From: Bacteroidia bacterium
Lineage (GTDB): Bacteria > Bacteroidota > Bacteroidia > NS11-12g > UBA9320
Direction of reading: 5' to 3'
Assembly: GCA_965216465.1 (NCBI GenBank)
Contig: CBDCFW010000004.1
Location: 128,001 to 192,000, forward strand
DNA: 64,000 nucleotides
Position 1 is the stretch's first letter. Each line of letters starts with the position of its first letter. Both the position numbers and the translations under genes were made by a program. The notes beneath the pieces are model-generated. The model searched no databases. It worked only from the letters and a program-made list of their open reading frames with translations, and was not told the origin of the DNA. This document shows positions 22,072 to 32,900 of the stretch, one piece after another.

Positions 22072-23337
22072 TTATCTTACAATAGTTTGTTCTCTTCCAG
22101 GTCCCACAGATACAATTTTGATAGGAGTTTTAATCTCCTTCTCTAAAGCATCAATGTAGGCTTTAAATGTAGCTGGAAATTCGCTTTCATGCTTCATTTG
22201 ACTGATATCTTCAGCCCAACCAGCGTGTCGTTCGTATTGACTTACAAAGTTGTCTGCATTCAAGTCAAAAGGAACTTCGTTTGTGGTCATAAGATCACCT
22301 TTATATGAGGTTCCGACCATTACGTCTTCAAATCCACTTAAGCAATCTGATTTCATCATGCAAAGTTCGTCGACCCCGCTCAGCATGATCGCATATTTAA
22401 GAGCAACAAGATCTAACCAACCGGTACGTCGAGGTCGTCCGGTAGTTGCTCCATATTCATGACCAACATCACGTAAACGCTGTCCCATATCATCGTGTAA
22501 TTCACTTGGGAATGGTCCACTTCCTACACGGGTGCAGTAAGCTTTAAAGATACCTATAACCTTATTAATATGCTTTGGTGCGATTCCTAGTCCGGTTGAA
22601 ACACCACCAACAGTTGTGTTACTTGATGTAACAAAAGGGTATGAGCCAAAGTCGATGTCTAGCATACTTCCTTGAGCTCCCTCTGCGAGAACTTTGCTGC
22701 CATCAATGATGTGTTGATTAACGAGATATTCACTGTTTACAAATTTGAATTTTCGTAATCGATCAACGGCAGTAAAGAATTCTTCCTCCATCTCTTCCAA
22801 ATTGAAATCAGTAAACCCAAAGTGTTCAACTAAAGCAAGAGAACGTTGTTTCTTACTGTGGTAGTTAGCTTCAAAGTTTGGGTCAAATATTTCACCAATT
22901 CTTAGACCTCCACGACCAATTTTCTCACGATAAGTTGGTCCGATACCACGGAGTGTACTTCCAATTTTATTTTCTCCTTTTGCATATTCACTTGCTGCAT
23001 CAAGAATTTTGTGAGTAGGCATAATGATGTGAGCCTTGTATGAAATTCTTAGATTTTCCATAACATTGGCCCCAGCAGCAACAGTACGGTCAATTTCTTC
23101 CATTAATCGTACTGGGTCGATTACTACCCCATTACCAATTATGTTTACACAGCCATCGTGAAATATTCCAGACGGAATTGTGTTTAGAACGTGTTTCTGC
23201 CCATTAAATTCTAAGGAATGGCCGGCATTTGGACCACCTTGAAAACGTGCTACCACGTCATATTTTGGAGTAAGATAGTCGGCAATCTTACCTTTACCCT
23301 CGTCGCCCCATTGGAGGCCTAACAATACATCTACCAT
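22072..23337 (-). CDS. purA: Adenylosuccinate synthetase
   Basis: QWGDEGKGK, GGPNAGH, EGAQG, GATTGRPRR. Confidence 0.98.
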   Translation of the reverse strand: MVDVLLGLQWGDEGKGKIADYLTPKYDVVARFQGGPNAGHSLEFNGQKHVLNTIPSGIFHDGCVNIIGNGVVIDPVRLMEEIDRTVAAGANVMENLRISYKAHIIMPTHKILDAASEYAKGENKIGSTLRGIGPTYREKIGRGGLRIGEIFDPNFEANYHSKKQRSLALVEHFGFTDFNLEEMEEEFFTAVDRLRKFKFVNSEYLVNQHIIDGSKVLAEGAQGSMLDIDFGSYPFVTSSNTTVGGVSTGLGIAPKHINKVIGIFKAYCTRVGSGPFPSELHDDMGQRLRDVGHEYGATTGRPRRTGWLDLVALKYAIMLSGVDELCMMKSDCLSGFEDVMVGTSYKGDLMTTNEVPFDLNADNFVSQYERHAGWAEDISQMKHESEFPATFKAYIDALEKEIKTPIKIVSVGPGREQTIVR

Positions 23338-23835
23338 TTAATTATTTTCAACTATTTTAACTTGGTTGTCGCAATTTTTACATAATCCCATGTCGTCTAC
23401 TAACGGGTCACCATATAGGTTTAGAGAATGACGTGAAACTTCAAAGTTTAGAAGCTCAGCCATTTTAGAAGTGATTTGTTGGATTCTTGGATCGCAAAAC
23501 TCCATTACCTTACCACAGGTGTTGCAAATCATATGGTCGTGTTGACGGTATCCATAAGCTTGCTCAAATTGTGCCATATTCTGACCAAATTGATGCTTGA
23601 TAACAAGCCCACACTCTTGAAGTAGGTCAAGTGTATTGTATACCGTTGCTCTACTTACGTGGTAATTTCTGTTTTTCATTTGGATGTATAAAGTATCAAC
23701 ATCAAAGTGTGTTTTGTTGCTGTAGATTTCATCCAAGATCGCGTAGCGTTCAGGAGTCTTACGTTGACCTTTCTTTTCGAGATAAGCCGTGAATAGGCTT
23801 TTAACCTCGTCTTTTATGCTTACTTGATCTTCCAT
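23338..23835 (-). CDS. fur: Fur family transcriptional regulator
   Basis: [30 protein letters not shown] and a C-terminal CKNC. Confidence 0.9.
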   Translation of the reverse strand: MEDQVSIKDEVKSLFTAYLEKKGQRKTPERYAILDEIYSNKTHFDVDTLYIQMKNRNYHVSRATVYNTLDLLQECGLVIKHQFGQNMAQFEQAYGYRQHDHMICNTCGKVMEFCDPRIQQITSKMAELLNFEVSRHSLNLYGDPLVDDMGLCKNCDNQVKIVENN

Positions 23836-26043
23836 CTAATTTACTTTAATCGGTTCTTTGTCGATAACAACTCGGTTCACATTTATGTACTCATCAATCT
23901 GTCTTAGGTTGTTCATGAGGTCATTAAGGTGTTCAGTATCAGCTACTTCTAGTGTTAGGCGACCAATAAATGTCCCGTCCAAGGATTCAAAACTGATTGA
24001 TTTCATGTTTACTTTCAACTGTTTGGAAACAATGTCAGTAACTTTACTCACAAGACCCAAAGAATCAATACCTCGAATCTCTAACGAAGCAATGAAATAT
24101 TCTTCAATTTTAGCATCAGTAGCCCATCTTGCCTTAATGATTCGATAACCATATTTCGACATTAGGTTCACTGCATTCTTACATTTGGTTTGATGAATTT
24201 TAATGCCATCACCAACGGTAATAAATCCAACTACCTTGTCACCCGGTATAGGGTGGCAGCATTTTGCAAAAGAATAATCAAGATTAACCGTAGAGTCTCC
24301 GAGTACCAGTTCATCTGATCCTTTTTTCTTAGCTTTAGGTGAAACTCTTTCAGTACCTGGTTTGTGAACCTGCTTTGACTCAACAAGAATGTCTGCTAAT
24401 TTGATTTTTTCCTTATCAATAACTTCGGTTCCAATTTGATAAGTAAGTTCAAGTTCGTCTTCAACTTTGAAGTAACGAATTATTTTATTCAAATTATCAG
24501 TGGTATATGCATAACCACTGTTTTTCATTTTTCGTTCTAAGGCCTCTTTTCCAATTGATGCAATTTCTCGTTTTTCGTCTTTAAGACTTTGCTTAATCTT
24601 TGTTCTCGCCTTCCCAGTGCGAACAAATTCTAACCAGTCTTTGCTTGGTTTTTGCTTGGCTGATGTTAGTATCTCAATTTGATCACCATTTCTAATTTCA
24701 TAACTGAGAGGTTGCAGCTTACCATTAATCTTCGCGCCTAAACATTTTGCACCAATCTCGGTGTGAATATCAAATGCAAAATCTAGAGACGTTGAGCCTT
24801 TCGGTAGTTTTCTCAGTTGACCTTTTGGAGTAAATGCAAACACTTCATCAGCGTAAAGATTCATTTTAAAATCATCTAAAAACTCAAGTGCATTTACGTC
24901 TTGGTCTTCAAGAACATCACGTATCTGACCCAACCAACGATCTAAACTTTCAGCTCCCTTTTCTGCTTGCTTATACTTCCAATGGGCCGCATAACCTTTC
25001 TCGGCAATTGCATCCATTCGAACAGTTCTGATTTGTACTTCTACCCACTGACCTTTTGGACCCATAACCGTTGCATGCAAACTTTCGTAGCCATTGCTTT
25101 TAGGAATAGAAATCCAGTCTCGCATCCTTTCTGGGTTGGGCTTGTAGATGCTGGTTACGATGGAATACACATTCCAACAATCCATTTTCTCATCTTCTGG
25201 GTCACTGTCAAGAATAATTCGAATTGCAAAAAGGTCGTATACGTCTTCAAAATCTAGATTCTTTTTTACCATCTTGTTATAGATGGAATGAATCGATTTA
25301 GGACGTCCTTTTATTTCATACTTAACACCCAGTTCTTCAAGTTCAAGTTTAATAGGCTTGATAAATGAGCGGATGTATCGCGTGCGTTGCTCTTTTGTAG
25401 CGTTTAGCTTTGATTTTAAATCTTTATATAAGGAAGGTTGGGTGTACTTTAGTGAAAGATCTTCAAGTTCTGTTTTAATTGCATACAGTCCCAAGCGGTG
25501 GGCGAGGGGAGCATAAATAAAACTTGTCTCAGAGGCAATCTTAAGTTGACCTTTGTCACTCATGTGCTCTAAGGTTCTCATATTGTGCAGTCGATCGCAA
25601 AGCTTTAGAAGAATTACACGCACATCATCAGCCATGGTGAGGAGCATTTTTCTAAAGTTTTCTGCTTGAGGACTATTGGTGTCGAATACACCAGAGATTT
25701 TGGTTAGACCATCGATAATGTTTGCAACTTTGTCTCCAAATTGTTCACGCAGTTCTTCAAGAGTAATGTCTGTATCTTCAACTACATCGTGTAGTAAAGC
25801 ACATACAATAGAAGTGGTACCTAAGCCGATTTCTTCGGCAGCAATACGAGCTACGGCAAGAGGATGATAAATATACGGTTCACCAGATTTACGACGCATT
25901 TCTTTATGTGCATCAAGTGCAACTTCAAATGCCTTTCTGATAATGGTGATGTCCCCTTTCTCCCTTGACCATTTAGAAACTCTTAGGAGTTGTCTATAAC
26001 GGTTTACAATTTCGATGTTCTCTTCCGTGTTTTCCAGTAACAT
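23836..26043 (-). CDS. rel: Bifunctional (p)ppGpp synthetase/hydrolase (long RSH)
   Basis: RKSGEPY..HP and LHDVVED (intact HD); GRPK, DLFAIR, EVQIRT synthetase motifs; TGS, CC (AKCCHP) and ACT regions. Confidence 0.95.
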   Translation of the reverse strand: MLLENTEENIEIVNRYRQLLRVSKWSREKGDITIIRKAFEVALDAHKEMRRKSGEPYIYHPLAVARIAAEEIGLGTTSIVCALLHDVVEDTDITLEELREQFGDKVANIIDGLTKISGVFDTNSPQAENFRKMLLTMADDVRVILLKLCDRLHNMRTLEHMSDKGQLKIASETSFIYAPLAHRLGLYAIKTELEDLSLKYTQPSLYKDLKSKLNATKEQRTRYIRSFIKPIKLELEELGVKYEIKGRPKSIHSIYNKMVKKNLDFEDVYDLFAIRIILDSDPEDEKMDCWNVYSIVTSIYKPNPERMRDWISIPKSNGYESLHATVMGPKGQWVEVQIRTVRMDAIAEKGYAAHWKYKQAEKGAESLDRWLGQIRDVLEDQDVNALEFLDDFKMNLYADEVFAFTPKGQLRKLPKGSTSLDFAFDIHTEIGAKCLGAKINGKLQPLSYEIRNGDQIEILTSAKQKPSKDWLEFVRTGKARTKIKQSLKDEKREIASIGKEALERKMKNSGYAYTTDNLNKIIRYFKVEDELELTYQIGTEVIDKEKIKLADILVESKQVHKPGTERVSPKAKKKGSDELVLGDSTVNLDYSFAKCCHPIPGDKVVGFITVGDGIKIHQTKCKNAVNLMSKYGYRIIKARWATDAKIEEYFIASLEIRGIDSLGLVSKVTDIVSKQLKVNMKSISFESLDGTFIGRLTLEVADTEHLNDLMNNLRQIDEYINVNRVVIDKEPIKVN

Positions 26044-26120
26044 TAATCGCCTAAACAGCTACGAAATTAAGCATATTCGCACATTTAAGCCCCTTATTGA
26101 GCACAATAGTTGAATTGTAA

Positions 26121-29100
26121 TTAACGGATTAGATTTACCGTTCCTTGAAATGCGTAATTAACCCCAGATTTGTTGGTCAATTTGATGTCGTAAACGAACA
26201 CTCCGTTTTGGCAATATTTACCCATATATCGACCATCCCATGAGTGGTGAATGTCGAATGATTCAAACACCATTTGACCCCATTTATTAAAGATTTGAAT
26301 ATGGAAGTCTTGAACATTTGAGCTAATTACATTGAATGTAGCATTTTCAGGAGGTCCTTTTTCGTCAGGTGTAAATGCGTTTGGAATGAAGGCAATTACA
26401 TCGGGTACCACCAATACATTTTTCTCCATGCTATCAATACATTGGTAATCAGATGATACTTTTAATCCGATTGTAAAGAATCCAGTGTCGGCTGGTAATT
26501 CATAAATTGGATTCGGGTTGGTAGAAAATTCATGAAGTGTTCCATTTTTCTTCCAATACCAAAGGCTAGAAAACTCACCCTTCTCAAGCAGACTTGTGTT
26601 GCTTAAATAAATCTCTCTTTCAGAGAGTGTAACAGTTTCACCATTGCTCATCACAAATGAAGCTTCAGGACTAGGATTTATGCGGTAAATACCTTCAGCA
26701 ATCTGAAGATTAGTACAATGTTCATCTCCTGACGTTACTATCAAATTATATATTCCAGCTTCCTCGAAGGTGTAGTTTAAATGTGGGCCATTACCTCCAA
26801 TAATTGGTGTAGTTCCTTTATCTATAGAGTAAGCAATAGATAGATTTGATCCTGTTTTAACTTTTAGCTCATCTTCTAAAGTATATGGAAGACATGCACT
26901 TGTAAAGCTTGGCATCTCAATTTCTGGTTTAGCATGGTAAGGAATGCTTAAATCAATAACCTTGCTCGGACATAAGGCAGTAGAACTCAACGAAAATGCA
27001 ATATCAATACTATTCTTATCTAGGTCGCATGATGCTGGCACATATTTTAAATGACCGGTTGAAACCTCAGCATCTCCATTACAGACTGAAGCAGTTAAAC
27101 GAGCATATGAATTTGTTTTAAAGTCTATTTCAAGCACTTCATTTTCGCACAAATTCATTGGTGCATACTCAATATCTAAATCCAATGGGTCTAGAACTTG
27201 AACTGTATAAATGGTGTCAAAAATGCAACCATTTGTAGGCTTAACATTTCGAATAAAACTTACATCTGACAATAAGCTAGGGTCTAACGTACCGTTTGAA
27301 ACACCTTTTCCAGTCCAAAATCCATCAGTGTCCAAAGTGATCAAATCGCCATCAGAGCAAATGCTATCTGCTAAATCAAAATCAAAGTCAGGACGACATA
27401 TTACTTCTAAAGAAACATCAAGTTCGTCATAACAACCATGTTTATCATAGGTATAACGCAAGTCGTAGGTTCCACATATAGAAGGAGTGAAATTTCTTTG
27501 GTCGAGCAAACCTCCGGCTGATAGTGAAGACCATCCGCCACCATTCGTATTGATTTCTAAATAATCTTCAAGATTAACGGTCTCACCAGATTGACAAATG
27601 GTTGTTATACCATTTGATTGAAGGGTTAATCCTTGGTCTACAGCAATAACACATGTGTCTCGAGCAACGCAACCATTTTTGAATGTATTTGTTGCTTCTA
27701 AAATGTACTCACCAATTCCATAAGTCGGAATATCAATAGCAATAAAAGGCGAGGTAATTAATGCATCTGGATTATTAAGAATATTCCAAGTAATATCTTC
27801 TACCACATGATGATGAGGAAGTTCGATGGCATTCGTAACTCTATAAATGAAGTTATCACCGCAAATTGCCTCATTGGCAAGTTGCATTTCTGGAGCCGCG
27901 ATAATATTTAAGTTGTCAGTAATTACACCCATACAACCTGTTGTTGGATCTGTGTAACTTAATGATGCTGAAACCGTTTGATCTTGATTTGCTTTGCTGC
28001 TTAAATCAAGGAAACGATTATCAACCACATCAAGCTCAGAAGACCAAGTTGCATTTGCTGGCTGATGAGTTATTTGGTCAAGATCTAGTAGATCTTCGAA
28101 ACATAGCGGCTCAACAACATCCATTGAAACTTCAGGGTTTAAATGGCGAACCACGTCAAATGGCAAACTCATTTCACATTCCAGATTGTTTGATTTTAAA
28201 ACATAATCAACAATAAGCGATGCTGTTGTGGCCCCAATAGCCAATGTATCTGAATTGGAAACAATATTGTTGTCAATGCTCCAAGAAAGGTCATCTATTT
28301 GTAACGTATTGTGCCTTAAGTTAATACTAGTTGTCTCGTCTTCGCAGTAGGTTAAATCTCCAACTAACTGAGCAGAAGTAACATTCTTATTCCCTTCATT
28401 CTGTATGGTAAGGGATTCATTTACTGAACATCCGTGGGCATCGGTGAACGTAATATTATAGGTAAGAAGGTCTTCTTTAGAATAGCTAATAATGTTACCA
28501 TCTTGTATTTCTGCAGGGCCAAATATTGTTCCAGTAGATCCCGTCACAGTGGCTTCAAAGAATCCAGAACGATTGCTTGCTAAAGAAACTTCATTATTTC
28601 CGCAGAAAAGGTCTTCAACTGAAAAAGAAAAAACCGCTTCAGGCTTGATAACAAGTTTAATTACCTTCTTAGATAATCCAAACTCTGGGCAATAATTGTC
28701 TCTTGCCTCAATATAAATGTAATGTGTTCCAATACTGGCAGCGGTAGGAGATATTGAGAAACTCAATTCGTTATAAGGAGCCTGAGTAATCGCATTTTGC
28801 GAAAATGTTAGTCCAGGAACACTATGGTCAACACTAAAGTTTACCGTATCACTCGGAAGAACGGTGCCATTAACTTCTTTAGCAATGTCACTAGCACTTA
28901 CGGTGAATGCCAAATTTTGGTTAACACAAGTCACATACTCATTGTTAGCTATAAGGGTAGGAGGGTTGTTATTATTGTTGGATGTAATTATGGTTACAAC
29001 ATCTCTTCTAACTTCTCCAATTTTTTTATAGGTACCATTAATTTCTCTCCATTGTTCAACGGCGAGTACCCGCGAGCCAATTTCATTGGGTCCGGTCGGT

Positions 29101-29906
29101 GTAAATACGAATGAGCCCGTAATTGGATCTAAGAAAATTCCTTCTGGAATTGTTGCATTTGGATTAGGCGTACATCCTGGTCCAGTTGCACAGTACGGAG
29201 TTATAAAATTTGCAGGAGAAAACCCTGATTTGTAAGCAATGTTTGAGTTGTGGTCGCTTTGAGGTGCCGCCCACTTGTAGGCTAAAGAATCTTCAGAGTC
29301 AGAAGAAATTCTATCGTTCTCATAAACCGGCTGATTCAAGTTGAATACAATTTTCGGAGGATCAACAAACTGTGGCGAGCTTGCTTGAACATCCCAAGGA
29401 TTGATTAAGGCATAGTTGTACAAGTCATCTTCTTCAGAGTTTAGCGTGCTGATATTTGCACTTCGTTCTGATTTATTAAGGAAGATGTGAAAATTACAAC
29501 CAGCATATTCCATATAGTCTTCAAAGTCGATACTTCCTTTGTAGTAATGAGCTTCGATTCCATACATGTAGTTTGATCCAGATTGACATCTCGATTGGTA
29601 TGAATCACAGATAGAAGTAATATCAGTATGACCGAGTCTTGTTAATGAAATTGCAGCAACATCTTCGTTGCCACATTGGCTGCTGATTGTGCGTAAATAA
29701 ACTTGCTCAAGGTCAGAGCAATTGGAGGTAGAAGAACCTCCGCCATTCCCGCCTAGTTTGCAGTCATCGCAATCGCGGTAAAGGGTTACAAAGACATCAT
29801 AAGTTTTGTCGCCGGTGTGCTTGTAGGTTATCTCACCTCCCAATAGGTGACCTGCTTCCGCAGGAAGGAGGAAGAATAAACACAATATGGAGAACAAATA
29901 TTTCAT
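26121..29906 (-). CDS. T9SS type-B (gliding-motility-associated CTD) cargo, large Cys-rich surface protein
   Basis: Signal MKYLFSILCLFFLLPAEA; HLLGGEITYK; C-terminal FIPNAFTP..IFNKWG..WDG..GTVNLIR. Start refined to ATG 29906, with TATATTTG at 29926-29919. Confidence 0.88.
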   Translation of the reverse strand: MKYLFSILCLFFLLPAEAGHLLGGEITYKHTGDKTYDVFVTLYRDCDDCKLGGNGGGSSTSNCSDLEQVYLRTISSQCGNEDVAAISLTRLGHTDITSICDSYQSRCQSGSNYMYGIEAHYYKGSIDFEDYMEYAGCNFHIFLNKSERSANISTLNSEEDDLYNYALINPWDVQASSPQFVDPPKIVFNLNQPVYENDRISSDSEDSLAYKWAAPQSDHNSNIAYKSGFSPANFITPYCATGPGCTPNPNATIPEGIFLDPITGSFVFTPTGPNEIGSRVLAVEQWREINGTYKKIGEVRRDVVTIITSNNNNNPPTLIANNEYVTCVNQNLAFTVSASDIAKEVNGTVLPSDTVNFSVDHSVPGLTFSQNAITQAPYNELSFSISPTAASIGTHYIYIEARDNYCPEFGLSKKVIKLVIKPEAVFSFSVEDLFCGNNEVSLASNRSGFFEATVTGSTGTIFGPAEIQDGNIISYSKEDLLTYNITFTDAHGCSVNESLTIQNEGNKNVTSAQLVGDLTYCEDETTSINLRHNTLQIDDLSWSIDNNIVSNSDTLAIGATTASLIVDYVLKSNNLECEMSLPFDVVRHLNPEVSMDVVEPLCFEDLLDLDQITHQPANATWSSELDVVDNRFLDLSSKANQDQTVSASLSYTDPTTGCMGVITDNLNIIAAPEMQLANEAICGDNFIYRVTNAIELPHHHVVEDITWNILNNPDALITSPFIAIDIPTYGIGEYILEATNTFKNGCVARDTCVIAVDQGLTLQSNGITTICQSGETVNLEDYLEINTNGGGWSSLSAGGLLDQRNFTPSICGTYDLRYTYDKHGCYDELDVSLEVICRPDFDFDLADSICSDGDLITLDTDGFWTGKGVSNGTLDPSLLSDVSFIRNVKPTNGCIFDTIYTVQVLDPLDLDIEYAPMNLCENEVLEIDFKTNSYARLTASVCNGDAEVSTGHLKYVPASCDLDKNSIDIAFSLSSTALCPSKVIDLSIPYHAKPEIEMPSFTSACLPYTLEDELKVKTGSNLSIAYSIDKGTTPIIGGNGPHLNYTFEEAGIYNLIVTSGDEHCTNLQIAEGIYRINPSPEASFVMSNGETVTLSEREIYLSNTSLLEKGEFSSLWYWKKNGTLHEFSTNPNPIYELPADTGFFTIGLKVSSDYQCIDSMEKNVLVVPDVIAFIPNAFTPDEKGPPENATFNVISSNVQDFHIQIFNKWGQMVFESFDIHHSWDGRYMGKYCQNGVFVYDIKLTNKSGVNYAFQGTVNLIR

Positions 29907-29926
29907 GTGCCTTAAAAACAAATATA

Positions 29927-29956
29927 CTAAAAAGGAAACCGAAGTTTCCTTTTTAG
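29927..29956 (-). terminator. Intrinsic terminator with C(UUCG)G tetraloop
   Basis: Perfect 13-bp inverted repeat CTAAAAAGGAAAC-CGAA-GTTTCCTTTTTAG; on the minus strand the loop reads cUUCGg and a U run follows. Confidence 0.88.
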
Positions 29957-29980
29957 CATTGTCATATTTTAAACCTAATC

Positions 29981-32900
29981 TTAACGGATTAAGGTTATAG
30001 TTCCGGTATAGGTATACAACTCATCGTTCAGTGCTGTTACCTTTAACTGGTAAGCATACACATCTTGTTGAGCTGGTAGTCCTTTATAAGTACCATCCCA
30101 TTTCTTATCTTTTTCAGTGGTTTGGAACATGATCTCACCCCATCTGTTGAAGATGATAAGATCCATAGTTTTCTCACCGCTGATGATGGCGTGGAAGCCT
30201 TCATTTTGACCTGGTCCTGAATTGTCAGGAGTAAAGGCGTTCGGAATGTATACGATCAAGTCTGGACCAACAACTACTGGGTGGTAGAACGAGTCTTTAC
30301 ATCCGTAGTTTGTGGTTACAACTAACTTCACGTGGTAAGTAGCGGTATCTGCAGAATAGAAGTATGAAGGATCTTTTTCTGTAGACTTATCACCGCTTCT
30401 GTTGTTGAAGTCATCAAAATCCCAGAAGTGATCAGTAATGGTACTTCCTAACACATTAGGTACTGTACTTTGATCAGTGAAGTAGAATCGAGGCAGAGCC
30501 GCTGTAGTGTAGTTGTTCGGATTAGGAACAAAGTCTGCAGTTGGCAATGGATATACATCAATACTCGAGTTAAATACTGCTACACAACCTTTATCAGAGG
30601 TAAGGGTAAGTGTAACATTATTTGTACCGTCAGTGGTATAAGTTGCTGTAGGCGTAGGGCTGTTTGAAGTACTACCTTCACCCATGGTCCAAGCATAGTT
30701 TGCAGTATTAGGATCAACCTTGTTGTTGATTTGAACAGCAAAGTCAGAAGTTACTGGGTTACACCCGTTCAGGTTAGAAGGGATGATATCCGCCTCAGGA
30801 ATAGGGTTAACCACGATGTCGAATGCATCATCAACATCAGAACAAGAACCTAATCCAGTTGCAAGAACAATTACTCTGAATGTTTCAGCAGAATCGGTAA
30901 TTAAATCGATGTCTACATCAACAGATTGATCATCGCCAGCTAAGGTGTAACGGTCTTTGTTTCCAAACAGGTCGGTACTGTAGTAACCCACACCACCGTG
31001 GTTCAATGCATTGATACCAAAGTTTAGGTCAAGGGCCATTTGTCCGTCAGGTCTACAGAAAACAGTATCGTTAGGAACACTCAAAATAGGTAGAGGTTCA
31101 ACCACAGCACTAATCGAGTCAACATTTTGACAGCCAGTAGAAGGGCTAGTGTAATTGTAATAGAACCAGATGTCAGAACTGTGAACGCTAGCATTACCTG
31201 GGCTAAAGCTGTTTCCGCCAACAATAGCACTCGGGTCAGTACTGGTCCAAGTACCACCAGTAGGATTCACACTCAAAGGAACATCAGCCATATCCTCACA
31301 GTAACGAGGAGGTTGACGATCAAATGGATCAATGGTAATGGTCGGCAATGGATTGATTATCAAAATCGTATCGTTGATTACCGGACAACCCGTTGAAGTG
31401 TGCGTATATCTTAGGTAGTATTCACCACCGTTTGTATTACTGTTAAAGGTATTGATAGAGTCAGCAGACAAACCACCAAGGTTGGTGATGTTGCTGTAAG
31501 TGGTTCCACCAATAGTTGTATCGTTAACAACAGACCACACACCATCGGTAAGGTTTACACCTGATTGAAGGTTCAAAGAAACCTCTCCATCATTCCAGCA
31601 AAGTGGATCCATTTGAGAGAAGGTAATCGTTGGTACTCTCCAGATTTGCATAGAAACAGTGTCTTTACTTCTACAACCTCTTTCGTTCACGTAAGTAAAC
31701 TCAAGAACAATCGTGTCTTTATCTGGATTTTCAAGCGTGTAGTAATCTTCACCAATTCTAAGACGATAATCTGTAATACCAGCAACAAGACCGCTATCAA
31801 CTAACATATTACTGAAGTCGTTTCCGTTACAGTCTAAGCAATCCCAAGAAGGAGTACCCAAGTAAGTAGCAGGAGAAACAACCACTGCGTCTTTTAGAGT
31901 CACTTCTTCAGCATCTTGACAGAATACAGTTTCATTAAGGTAGGTATTTGGCAATGCATCTACCTGAATTTGTAAAGAGTCAGAGTTATAACATCCTGTA
32001 GTAGGGTCAGTGTAACCGTAAGTTACATAAGTTCTTACATTGGTTGCAGGAGCATTGATTAAACCACAAGCACTATCAGTAAAGAAGGTGTTAGCGTTAA
32101 CCAGGAATGGGAATTCCCAACAAGACCATGAACCACCTGTAGGACTGTTAATGTCGAAGTTCATTGAAATCGGACCGTAGTCACAACATACTTGTTTATC
32201 ACCTTTGATATCTATTACAGGCAGAGGATTTACCGTTACCAGAATGGAATCGGCATCGTAACATTCTACTCCTCCTTCAGTCACATACAAGTCGAGTTGA
32301 TACTCTGTTGTGGTTTGAGCTGGGAAGTCGTAATTCGAATTCGTGCCCAGCAGCAATCTCGGCAGCGAGGTTATATCGTACCATCGATAGAGTCCACTCT
32401 TACCATTGCCCATGGTATCTAGACCACCAGCAGCCAGTCGTACCGTGTCATCGAAACAATGAATTTGATCTGGGCCAGCATCGGCAGTTACAGTATCGTT
32501 AACAAATAGGAATAAAGTATCAGTATCGAAACAGCCAAGGCTATCATAAACTTTCAATACATATTCACCACGCACATTAATAGTTACACTATCATCGTAG
32601 CTGAATGGAGTTGCAGCTCCATTTAGGTACCACTCTTTCCAAAGTGTATCACCTTGTCTTAACGTATCACCTACAATTGGATCAACCCAGTACGCAGTGT
32701 CTAAGTTTGGAATGATAAGAATACTATCGTATGTACATAATCTTGGATCAGGAGGAAGCACAGCTTTAGGATTAGCTTTCAAGAATACTTGAATAGTATC
32801 TTCAGAAGTACATCCTGATTGATCGGTAATGATAACACTAATCGCGGTATCAACTTGAACAGCTGGCACTTGTAACTCATAGTGGTCAAGTGTATCTCCA

